In this document: positions 24,201 to 35,966 of the stretch, piece after piece
How the letters are laid out: each line of letters begins with the position of its first letter
Numbering within the stretch: the stretch's first letter is position 1
DNA from: Tubiluchus corallicola
Lineage: Eukaryota; Animalia; Priapulida
DNA length: 64,000 nucleotides
Reading direction: 5' to 3'
Assembly: GCA_030141605.1 (NCBI GenBank)
Contig: JAQGDQ010000050.1
Coordinates: 135,971 to 199,970, forward strand
Position numbers and translations under genes: made by a program
Notes under the pieces: generated by a model
Databases searched by the model: none
Seen by the model: only the letters and a program-made list of their open reading frames with translations
Told to the model about the DNA's origin: nothing

Positions 24201-27200
24201 TTCATAACTCAACCTCTACCCTGCTTCCTAAGCCTACTCAATGTTATTTTAAAGGCATTCCATACAAAAACCAATAAATTTAATAAAAAAACACGACACT
24301 ACGAATATTTTCACGGGGAAAAAATGTGAAATAAGTTAATCCCAGAAATTGAGTCTAATACTTTGAAAGTCAATGAGCATTAACATTCCATCAAATTTTA
24401 TACTATGAAAAAGTAACCAATTGTACTATTTAAAGAATGACATTTCTGCAACTGATAAATGTAAATCGAGACTTACACTTTGCATGCTTATCACAGAGTG
24501 CAGATGAGCGCATGTCACATAACCTAATCGTTCCTTTGCTAGAGCTATATACAAGTACATTGCAATCAATAGGATGAAATTCAGCTGAAGTTATCACTTC
24601 TGTCAATTCTTCCATATTCTGAGGTTTAATGTCTACTATATCTGAAAGAAAATAGTTAAGGAAGGACTACACTCAATAAAGTCTGCCTAGATGCTACTAA
24701 TAGTTAGATGTTACTTAAATTAATATACCTATGTGAAACAATAACAGTGACAGTGAATTCATCCAAATGTTTGACTAAATATTAGATTATGCTAAATGTT
24801 CATGTACAACTGTATTTAGAAAGCAAGAAATAGGCAAAACATGAATCTATAAATTAAATCAGTGACAGGACCACTATAGCAAGTCAGCTAATTAATGATC
24901 ATACTCTTGGCTGCTTGTCAAATATCCCATTAAATGGCTTGAAACAAAGCCTGCAACGATGGATCAATGTGACACCTTTTGTGACAATACATGTATCATC
25001 AAATCGTCAAAGTGTTCAATATCGCGATAATTTGAATCATTGATACTTAGCACGTGCTTGAATGCCCGCTGAAAAAACTGTGTGAAATAATTCAAGCTAT
25101 AGCTGTAGAATGTACAGTAGATATGTAATAATCGGTGCAGTAAGTGCGGCATTAGCAAACTTGCACAGGTAGACCTGCCAGTAGCTGGCACAGTGAAGTG
25201 GTTGAAAGCACAATGTGTTTATAATCTATAGTAGTACAATCACGTTTTGCTTATAAGTTTCTGAAATGGCTCACAGCAAATGCGGAGTAGAAAAATAGCA
25301 TATTTTAAAGCAAAAGTATTGAAATGTTTTGCATTTCTGGTGGTTCACAATGCAACCAATACAAGAGCATAAACAAAAATCAAACAGTTTGCTGAGTTAT
25401 TTTAACAACTTAGCAATCTTAAAATTGTTTGATAAATCTAATACATATTATACGTATATCAACAGCTTAATCTATCGTGCATCGTGATACGTAATGTATT
25501 GTGACTTAGGTGTATCATTACAGCCCTACTTGAAACCCATACATATATACAAAAATCGCAGGTTTAATAACTCAAGTAAAGTTTGTTACTAAAGGATACT
25601 GAAGCTTTGATCTGTAACTTCTAAATGCCATAGATTTATTCTCAGGTCATCAGCAGACATGTACGTCTCCTGGTCACTATTCACGGAAATAGAGTTAATA
25701 TGATATGTATGAGCATTTGCAAATACTCGTCGTGGACTCGCTTCGACCATCAAATCCATTGGCTTGACTAGAGGCAAATGCAAACTAGCAAAACCGTTTT
25801 TCAGGTCATTCTCAATATCAGCTCTGTCTCGTTTCATGTTGTAGCCTTCAATCATTTTATCTCGCTCTGACACCTTCCACAATTTAATCGTTTTATCTGA
25901 ATGTAAAAATCTTAATATGTATAATTCAATCACATCTTGCCGTAAATTACGAAAGGCCACAGCATTATAACACTGATTGTAAAAAATGCATACAAGTAAG
26001 GCCTTGCTAAATTATACACTAACTAGCATCAATTTGCTTATTAACATTAAACTTTTTCCGTCCATGCTCATATTTAATGAAAAATGCTTCGTTTTAATTC
26101 ATTCATCCAAAAATCATTATTAAAACGAAGCATTTTTCATTATGTCATTAAAGCGAAATTCATTTATAAGCACAAATGTCGTTTACTTCTTATATTGGAT
26201 ATTATTGGATTACTACTTAATTCGAAGCAGTACAACATTTTCATTACGTACCAGATTCTTGGTACATGCTTACATCTACAAAACTTTTTTGATACAATAC
26301 ATTATGAAGCAAATTAGTACCATAAAAACGAAAAAATTTCATAATGGACACCAAGAGATAAGACAGAAAACTGTACAGAAGTACCATTTGTAGATAAGAG
26401 GAAGTGAGCTGGATTCTTTCGTTTCAACCACTTGATTTTGTTAATTTTTTCATCTATTTCCAAACTCTTCAAGTAGTCAAATTCTGGTTCGTGACTCTGG
26501 AACGTGCTGTATACATTGTAGTCACTGCGCCTATGACTGGTGTGAAATTTATTCTACAAAAGAAATATTGTATAAATAAGTTTTCATAGCTTATCAGTTA
26601 TGGAACACTGAATATATATTCCTGAAGGCAAAAGTTAGAAGTGCTAGAATGAAAAAAGGAGTCAGTAAATAAACATCGATTGTTACTTCACTTTTGCCTA
26701 TTTCTTAAACAAACACTGAAAATAAATGTTGATACAGAAATACGTATCAGTTAATAATTGAAATGTAGCAAATGAACAGGGGACATTTTTTTTTAAATTG
26801 CAATAATAAAAATTAACATACACACTTGAGTTGAATTAGGGCCATGCTGCATAGCGCTATGCATTATAGATAACAACATTCATAGAGGCTTTATAAGCAG
26901 GTACGTTACCGAAACTGTATTTACAAACCGAAACCGAAATTTATCAAACATAGGAAACTGATACCGAAACAAAGCCAAACCGAAACATTTTTGAAAAACC
27001 AACTATTATTAAAACTGAAAAAAGAATATTCTAAAATAATTATGTAAAATATTTTGTTTAGTTTTGTTTGTTTGTTTTTACTTACTGTGAAGCAAAATTA
27101 CTGATAAAAAATTCTAATGCAAAAGACATAAGGCGGTTTTATAGTACAGTACCTCAACTTTGATGGGTTGGCTTACCTAAGAAAAATTAACGTGTTAAAG

Positions 27201-30200
27201 ACCATAATGCTTCATTAAAAATAAACAAATTTTATTTTGGAGATATTTTGTTGCCTATATTTCATAAATTATAAAATTAAATGTGATTTTGGTCAAATAA
27301 ATTCAAACAAAGTTTGATATTTCGGTTGGTTGGGCATGGACCCTAAAACTTCACAGGCGTCAGCACTGATGATATGCCGCATTGTTGTTAAAAGCACGTC
27401 ACAAACTGTTATGTAAACGAAACTTTTGCTTTATTTGAACTATTTTAGCCAAGATTTTTCAGTGGTTTTGACATCTAGGAGAAAAGAAAAGGTAAATTGG
27501 ATAAATACTAGCAAAACTTCGAAAAACTGCTACCGAAAATTATCTGAAAATTTGGCTATGAAACTTAAATAATTTTGCCGAAACCGAAATGAAAACTCTG
27601 TTCCGGTAACATCACTGATTATAAGCATGTACAACCCGGTTAGAATACAACTCACGAAAGAAATGGAAACTATGCACTGCTTAATAGCAATAAAAATATG
27701 CCCTAAATCCAATATCTTCCACTGTTGGAGCAGCTAAGCCTACTTTTAATCTGTTTTGGAATGAGTTTTAATGTAGACAGACGGACAGAGTATTATTTGT
27801 ATCGGACCATATCAAGTAGCACTAGGCACAAGTCAATATTTAGCTGCAGAGCTTTTTCACTTGAAATTAATAATGGTATGTTCAAAAAGCTTCCTATCGT
27901 TTCAAAACATGTCATATGCAAAAACATGCAAGAATGAAAATATACTTTTGCTGAAAAAGTCACCATTGTATTTGCCCACAAAACCACGTATTAGTTATAC
28001 AGTTATCCTTGAATAAAATACCCTATATAGCATTTCTGGACTAGAGTGTAAACAGCTGTATAAATTTTTTAAGATATCATAATGCAGTACTCACTGTTTG
28101 TTCCCGCTGAAATATAACAACTCGTCCACCTTTGTCACCTGTTGCCAATAATTCACCATCATCATTGAATTCCACCGTTGAAATTATATCGGCTAAAAAT
28201 ATATGTATAGTAAGAGATACTGTTGTAAAAAACAGTATAAAAAGTAATTTCAATATATTGAGATTTTTAGAGTAGGAAGTTATAAAGACTAATAGACTTA
28301 GAACTTCCGCACTAAATATAGAAACTTTTGTTTACGGACATCAAAAAACAGTTAGCAACTGCAATTCTTGATAATTCACAAATTTTAAAGTAAATAACAA
28401 CTATAATATAAGAAAATGAAAAAACTAAATGAAAGTAATGAAGTCTGCCAAGAAGGAGAATTATATGCTTTTTAAAATGTCACGTCAGTTGGTAGTTTGC
28501 ATAATCCTAGAACAGCTTAAACCCAAACTGCAACCACCCAGAATTATGATCACTATCCCAAGTTATCACAATGATAAGAGACTTAGCTATTCGGTGACGA
28601 CTTTTAATGAAGAGACTAAAGGAAAACCGGACCCAATCTTAAACTATAGCTCAATACAATCTAACCTATGAAATATTCAAAGGAAATGTACTGTTTGTTT
28701 TTTTCAAGAATAACTTAGATGATGCAATCACGGAAATATAATTTTGCAGTCACGCAGTTACTTCTTTGCCGTTACATACACTTTGCCATTTTCTAGTTAG
28801 CTAGACACTGGAGTTTGCATCTTAGAAATGTGTTGCACAAAAATCAGGTGCTGTAACTCACTTCAGATGTTGTTCAGTTGTGATAAAGCATACATGTTTG
28901 ACAGCTCATGTGCAAAAACAGCAGTAAACTTGAAATTTGAATAATAAACGTAAAATTTGCTGAATCTTTGTACATCACATAAAATGTTGTACAGTAGCAC
29001 TGTACTTAACCTTCCGCTTTCGCAAACACATGCAACACGCTCGTGGACTGTTTTGTGCTGTTGAAAATTGTTTTCATTTGTGAAGTTATCACTCACCTTC
29101 TGTTAATTAAGTTTTTAATCTATTATTTAATTGTCAAAAACCCTTTGGCATTATTATAGGTGTTAAAATGTATATTTTTTACTGTGGTACTTCAAAATGG
29201 GGTAAAACATGTAAAAGTGAAAACATACCTTCAGTGATATCGTCATCCATTGTACCTTTAACTTGGGAAAAGCACCACTGTACGTCACCACCGTTACCTG
29301 CAAGTAATGCAAAGAATTTACTACAAAATAATATTAGTAATTAAAAGTAAGCTTTATCCCTTACCTGTGAAGTTTTTATTACCAGAAAGTAAATGCACAT
29401 ATTGACACATGGTAAACTTTTCAATGCCTATAGTAAATTGTAGTACAAATCATGAAAACCTTATGCTGAGAAGAATTATGAAAATACTGCCGGTATACAA
29501 AATAAAAAACAGACCAAACATTTCCGATAATTATGGTAACTAGTATTTGGCATCTATATGTTTCTAAGAAATTCTTCAACATAACAAGCTGTGTATGTTT
29601 TATTAATTTGTTCTCTACCCAATTTAAAATGACATGAATAATTTGTTCCCATTATTTAATAACCCCAAACTAAATAAAATGTTCTGAGTTTATCATGTTT
29701 CTGACTTACCTTCACACTGAGTAAACCAACTGATGCTAAGAGACTTAACTGTAACTATGCTTCTTCTTTAGTACTGCACAGACTGTACATTTCAGGGCAT
29801 GAAATACCGACATTAAATTTACTTGTACAGGTGGATATTGCAATTCACATGTGCAGTAAACAAAACTATTTGCACAACTTCTTTATCATCTTGATGTTTC
29901 TATGAAAGCAAGCCATTTCTGCAGAAGTAAACTACAACATGTAGGACTTTTTAATTTAAAAATTCTCCAAACTAATAGAGCTAATGCTCACACAATACTC
30001 AAACTTAAAACTAATAAGACAAAAGCAAAATGCACTACAGTCGTTTGCAAAACATTAAAACATTTTTCGAGTCATGTAGTCATGCTTTGACGTATTTTGA
30101 AAAACGAATGCGAGCTGCGCAAGGAAATGTTAATTGCAGTAAGCAATGGCTTCATTTCCATTAAGCCTATGTATGTATTATTGTTCCTATACTATACTTT

Positions 30201-32262
30201 GGACAATATGTTGACAAAACACCTCTGTAACTTTACATTAAATTTACTGTCATCACTAAATTATTTTTTCTTAAAACTTAGAATGGGCACTAAATTTTAG
30301 GCAAAGTTTTCCAAATTTCATGCTTATGAGGTGTAACTTAACTTAAGTTACTAATTTATGCTTAGATCTGGAAACATATATTTGTGGTGGTACTTGAGGA
30401 AATTAAAGTCACAAGGTAACATTTCTTTTCAAGCCCGACTAAATGTATATAAAAATTCACATAAATTACCTTTTTTTCCAAGACTATTTGAAGAAATTTA
30501 TTTTAATCATCCTTATTACAAATCCTATACTGCTTAGGGTTGCACCAAACACTTGAATCGACGACTACCCCCCCCCAAATATCAGTACAAAAATTCGGTC
30601 CGGTAAACTTCGGTTGTAATAACTAAAAGGTCACTTTGCCGAAGTTACTTTTGTAATAATCGTCACATTCGGTGAAAATTATATTAAAGAACCAAATATT
30701 TTCCTGAAATGCTTATAAAAATTTATCTGAAAAAAACTGATAGTGAACAGTGAACATGGAACAACAGCTGACATTTTGCTTTGTGTTTCTATATAATAAC
30801 ACGAAGAAAGAATGTGATGCACCGTCGGTACACAAGTCGTCTCAATGCGCAATAGTGTGGCGGTGCTGCACGACGAAATGAATAAATGAGAACTTGAGCT
30901 AATACACAATTATACTATTACAGTTTTGTTTAAATACTGTTCGTATTGATTGTATGAAACTTTTTGCAAGAATTAGGGCTTCTTTAAAATACTTCATATT
31001 TTATTACACCATTAAATAAAAGCACAAATTTAGTAAACTTAAAACGACTAAACATTACAGAATTACAAGAAAATTTGGTTCAATTTCTGTAAATTTGGTT
31101 CGGCTTCAGTCCGGTATTCCAATTTGACTTGATATTTTATTTGCAATTTGGTGTGGTGGCACAATCAAGTTAAGCTTCGGTTGAATGGCACCATACAAAA
31201 AAAAAATCGGCCTTGGTTTGGTTGATGAAAATGTGCTTTCCGTGTACTCCTAGTACTGTTCAATTATTTTTTATTCTTTTTTCAACTGCTTTCAACTTTA
31301 GAAAGAAAACAAAAATAACAAATGAAGCGAGAAAGCACGACAGAAAATGATAAACAGAGGTCTAAGGAGAGAGAAAACCATAAGCAAAAAGCCTACGCAT
31401 AAGCTTCACCCTGTCAATCTATGGCAATGTTTCTGCAGCTGATTATTTCAATGATAGTCAAGATGTTGGAAAAAAGTTAAAGAACTATGAAAATTTTGTC
31501 ACCCCAGGACTCTAATAAATCAACAAAATTTGTTAAAATTGTTACAGTTCACTCTGTTGTACATTCATATATCTTATTGTACTAATTAAAGTGACAATTA
31601 GATAAAACATTTAGCTGGACAAGATTCAATGCAGCTAGTAGGCCTGTATATACACCAATGAAATGAAAATTTTGTTTTGAACAAGCGAAATCATAAACAA
31701 AGTTAAACATAAAATCAACAGTTGGATAAACCGTTTACCAGTAAGATATGGTATAACCAAAACAGCTCAGCAATAACATGCTAGCTTTACTTGTGTGCAG
31801 ATGTAGTTCTGATTACACAGACAAAATATACCCAAAACTTATGCAAATATTGGGTATATTCAAGAGCTAAAACTTGAAAAAATGTACAGGCTCTTGCTTT
31901 TTTTGGCCAAGCATGTGGTCATTAGAGTAACAGCAAAGTAATAATAAGCCACCTAGTCAGTGGTCATGCACGTTTGCTTTGGAGGCCTGTAGGCAGAATA
32001 TGCCTGCAGTTGGGGCACAACAGCACTGGCTCTCAGTAGGCAAAAACGCTCTGTAAAAAATATTTCGCTTTGTTAGAATTACATTGGTTATCTACTATTA
32101 TGAGTGAGGTGAGTTTAGTATTACTATAGGATACCGTCCGAAATTTTACCGCGGTAAATAATGCCCAAAACAAATGAGCCGGGTAATTTCAGCGAAAACT
32201 AACGACCTACCAGTAACGTCGGCCGCTAAATAGGGTCAAACGCCTTATTACTTACCAGTCAT
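18767..32262 (-). CDS. PPP2R2: Serine/threonine-protein phosphatase 2A 55 kDa regulatory subunit B (B55/PR55; PPP2R2A-D / Drosophila twins orthologue), 447 aa, 10 coding exons
   Basis: Exons 32256-32262, 29229-29297, 28095-28192, 26385-26553, 25600-25896, 24477-24641, 23915-24084, 22294-22385, 21391-21514, 18767-18919 total 1344 nt. Translation [17 protein letters not shown]...ADIISTVEF...[14 protein letters not shown]...[11 protein letters not shown]...[13 protein letters not shown] closely matches B55 as I recall it. Confidence 0.98.
19817..21318 (+). mobile_element. Decayed hAT DNA transposon with transposase remnant
   Basis: TIRs CAGTGGTGTAGCA / TGCTACGCCACTG; perfect 8-bp TSD CTAGAAAT (19809-19816, 21319-21326); remnants TETRLSAR and hAT dimerisation motif [33 protein letters not shown] (~20960-21060). 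Confidence 0.9.
21391..21514 (-). CDS. PPP2R2: PP2A B55 exon 9
   Basis: [29 protein letters not shown]...LKPRK. Confidence 0.97.
22294..22385 (-). CDS. PPP2R2: PP2A B55 exon 8
   Basis: [30 protein letters not shown]. Confidence 0.97.
23915..24084 (-). CDS. PPP2R2: PP2A B55 exon 7
   Basis: [26 protein letters not shown]...ESYQ. Confidence 0.97.
24477..24641 (-). CDS. PPP2R2: PP2A B55 exon 6
   Basis: [24 protein letters not shown]...LCDKHAK. Confidence 0.97.
24642..25599 (-). other. U12-type (minor spliceosome) GT-AG intron
   Basis: 5' splice site GTATCCTTT; branch site TTCCTTAAC (24655-24663) ends 13 nt before the 3' exon; no long polypyrimidine tract. Confidence 0.92.
24946..25528. mobile_element. 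hAT-type MITE inside the U12 intron
   Basis: Perfect 8-bp TSD CTTGAAAC (24938-24945, 25529-25536); diverged TIRs aaagcctgcaacgat / atcattacagcccta. Confidence 0.7.
25600..25896 (-). CDS. PPP2R2: PP2A B55 exon 5
   Basis: [11 protein letters not shown]...[11 protein letters not shown]...DQSF; followed by a U12-type donor. Confidence 0.97.
26385..26553 (-). CDS. PPP2R2: PP2A B55 exon 4
   Basis: [31 protein letters not shown]...FLLSTN. Confidence 0.97.
26898..27617. mobile_element. hAT-type MITE with subterminal AAACCG repeats
   Basis: TIRs caggtacgttaccg / cggtaacatcactg; TSD tttataag / attataag (7 of 8 match). Confidence 0.7.
28095..28192 (-). CDS. PPP2R2: PP2A B55 exon 3
   Basis: [33 protein letters not shown]. 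Confidence 0.97.
29229..29297 (-). CDS. PPP2R2: PP2A B55 exon 2
   Basis: [23 protein letters not shown]. Confidence 0.95.
30535..31252. mobile_element. hAT-type MITE (TAGGG termini, TTCGGT subterminal repeats)
   Basis: Ends tagggttgcacc / cgtgtactccta; TSD atactgct / gtactgtt (6 of 8 match). Confidence 0.55.
32256..32262 (-). CDS. PPP2R2: PP2A B55 exon 1 (ATG ACT G)
   Basis: ccaaaATGACTG|gtaagt; strong Kozak context and donor; phase 1 matches exon 2. Confidence 0.75.
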
Positions 32263-35200
32263 TTTGGCAGTAAATACTCTGCCTACAATAACTTGAATGT
32301 AATCAGAGGACGCTATGATTCTATTTTTTCTAACGTTTTTGGAAGACAAAAAGCAACCAGATTTCAATCATGCCATGCAGTTTAAAAGTCAGTAATATAT
32401 CAGTACATTAAGCTACCACTAAAATAATCAATATGGCGAAGTAAGAGATATGACGTCAGGCCAGAGAATTGTGGGAATGAAACCTAGATCCATAAACGCA
32501 CCGCGTCACCGATCAACACTGACGGCCATTCTCGTGACCAAGTCTACGCTGTTTATAGTCTATCATGATAGTCTAAGTAATCTTAAAATGGAAGAAAAAG
32601 CAATTTTAGTGTACGTTCAAAAAACTTTCCACATAAAGTTATATTACTTAGGATAATGCCAACTTGCTAGAAAGACCTATCTAACTAGAAAAGAAAATTC
32701 TTGATAATTTAAACTGTTTGCACCAACTGGTAAAATGTGACACTGACTTGCCTTCCAAGTAGGCACCACTGACTCACCAAAAAACGTATTTGTATCTTAT
32801 TGACAATATACAGTTATTTATACTTTTGCCTAGTTAGTGAAGTGTGCACTGCGAATGCTCTCGTTATTTTTTCAACCTGCACGCAAATTTTATTAAAGTT
32901 GTTTCAAATGACCTACTGTGAAAGTGGCTGAGTCTAATGGTCATCGCAGGAATTTTCAGGCTTTATATAGCATTGCTGCTAATATAAGTTACGTGTGCAA
33001 TAGGGCAGCACGTGATAAAAAATTTCGAAACGAATTTGTTAGCTTTATGTAAGTACAACGCTTTCTAATGCTTTACCACTCTACATTTCATTGCGTTTAA
33101 CAGTGACCCACACTTTCCATAGTGTGTGGCCTACCTTTTGTCTAAGAGGGTATAAATAATGAGTAAAAATCTATAGAACAATTTATTACACCAAAGTACT
33201 GTAGAAGAAATCATCGAAGCTTCAATAAACGAACAAGTAAGTGAATAAAAAGAAGAAGCAGGAAGGGTTACAAGCACTGTCCATAATTAGAATAAACGTC
33301 CTCGTTTACGGTAGTTCAAAAAATCTGCTATCAAGAGCTGCTACTTGTTAAATCATAAACTCAAAGGGCTTCACTGTTGTCAAGTTATCTTTTTTGTTTT
33401 TTACTTTTCCTACATTGATTTTTCTTCGATTATGATCTCATTTTTAGGATTGTTCTATAAGGCAGAATATGATAGAGATATAATGCTCAGCTAGACAAAA
33501 AAATTAAATTGCAAGCCATACCTTATTACTTTGAACACTGTGACGATTTGTTAAATTTCTGAGTGAGTTAGCTTTTCTTCTTTGTTACCAACTTCTTTTT
33601 AGTTACAAAATTCTTTTTTAAACAGTTGTGCGCTGTGATCTGTCTCTGAATTGCCGAAGCTAGTTAGTTACCGAGAAAAATCCACTAAGAAAAGACACAT
33701 GCTGAACAACAGATGTAGTTGTAACCCAAACAAGACAAGTGGATACTCGAGGTAAAGGGGGGGGCGTGTAAATACGGATCCTGAGAAACAGAATTCATAT
33801 AATTAATTTCCTAGTAGTGGGAGGTATCTGTTTTAGTTCGCTTTTAATTAGGTGTTAAAATAGGAAAAGAATTTTCTGGTAAAGAATTCCGCAGATAAAC
33901 GAGGAAACTTTGGTTAGCATTGAAACACTGCAAATTTAGCGTCGCACAGACATCTTGCGAATAACGAAAAATCGGGGAAGAAAGCGCAAGTGACGTCTCG
34001 TAAGGAACGACACTGCGCATATGTGACTCTCGCTGTATTTACATGTGGGCAAGTCAAGCGGCATGCCGGTAATGCCATCGATGAGCAAGAGACTACATTG
34101 TCGGCCTCACATCAAACCAATTCAGACTGACAATAGAATTTTGCATTAACTTTGCAATACGATTAATCGTTAAGGTGACAGCCGAGATACCAGACCAGTT
34201 GTAGCTGCACTATGCAAGGTCGGATAGTCGATTTTTAAAGGCATGATACAGTATCAAGAATTAGATATTTTGAACACTAAACAGGCACACCACTTTTTCA
34301 GCAAAATTTTATCGGACACATATCAATGAAAAACATGCAAACATCACATTGGCCAGAAACAGGAAAAACAACCATATTTATAGTAGGCGCTAGGCAAATT
34401 AGTGTTGCGATTGCGAGATACGTCTTCTTCTCGTTAAAAGTTATACTAACACCTGACAAATCTATCTCGGTCCAGATCAAAACAAATTCGAGGCCGCTTC
34501 CAAGCAAACCCTTCTGATCGGGATGTTTTGTTCAGTGGGATAATGTGGTTAGTACGATAACATTATATTAGTCTGTAATACAATGTTTAGCAAACCTTTG
34601 AGATCTTTGTGTTTCTCATGCTGCTTCTCAACATGGAGGAGGTGTGACGTCCCATTTTCTTGGTGTTTTGTATGAAACATGCTGCCTATCTTTTTTCCCA
34701 GGCTGCTATTGCGATTTCGCATTTCGTGCGGCATCAGTTTGCTTATTAAATCGTCTTACAGTAACACGTTGCACTAGTGGCGGAACACTACTATATAATT
34801 ATTACAGCTATAACACCTCATCCACAAGTTAGTCATTGATACACAAACAGTAGGAACTTGATAGTCACTTTCGTGACATTCGTGTGACAACTCTTGTATT
34901 TCTCATTCATTTACTCGCTGACACAAATTGTCGTAGCTAACTAATACTCGGTACGAAGTTCAGGCTTAGATAAACAGCACGACCTGTATTAATAATTATA
35001 TGCTCATTGCTCATAGCTTATATCCGCACTAACATTTTAATACAAAGCAAATTTGTTTGTCTTTTGATTATTTATGAATCTTGATGTACTTCTGAGCAGC
35101 TTGTACAAAACATGTTATTAATCTGAAAATGGGTCAACGTAATTGACTGAGTGTGTACGCATCCATGCCCGTATTTTAGTTAGTCTGTGCTGAAATGCGC

Positions 35201-35686
35201 AAACAAAACTTGTGGTCTTTGCTCAAACTTTTATTTGCGCAAATGTTTTGTAATGTACTGTTTTTAATGAGAGCGCGCACACATGCAATTTTTAACCAAA
35301 CACAATAGCTAAACAGCATAAGAAGAAAGCAATGTCTTATGAAGAGGCACCATTAAGCACGCAAAAGAGAGAAAAGAAAACAAATTAATGAGCATAAATC
35401 ATTCTTACTGTCTTAGCTACCATCTTTTAAGATATCAGCTGACAAATTTAGAAAGTGGTGACCAAAATATGAAATTCTAAAAGAGAACAGCGCATGAGAC
35501 CACGTCTCAATGCAATCAACACATTTCTGCTGCCCACTGCTGATTTTTTTACTACTGTGGCTTTTCACAATGATAAGACACCGCTTACAATCATACCCTC
35601 GCTCGGTCACTCATGATCCCGTACTCCAAATATACGAACTGTAAATTGTACAAAATTCGCGCGACTAAATAATTTAACAGTCTCAC

Positions 35687-35717
<31 letters not shown>

Positions 35718-35837
35718 AATGTATTTGGATTTCGAGTCTTTTAACTGCATAGGCACTTCCATTCATTATATTTTTAAGTAATTTTTGTTCTGAAGGTAAC
35801 GTATGCCAATATATCACAGGGATACTTAAATTCTGCA

Positions 35838-35966
<129 letters not shown>

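Noticed and set aside
33522-33700. Possible alternative B55 first exon (donor AAG|gtatgg)
   Set aside because: The phase-1 frame contains a stop and has no usable ATG
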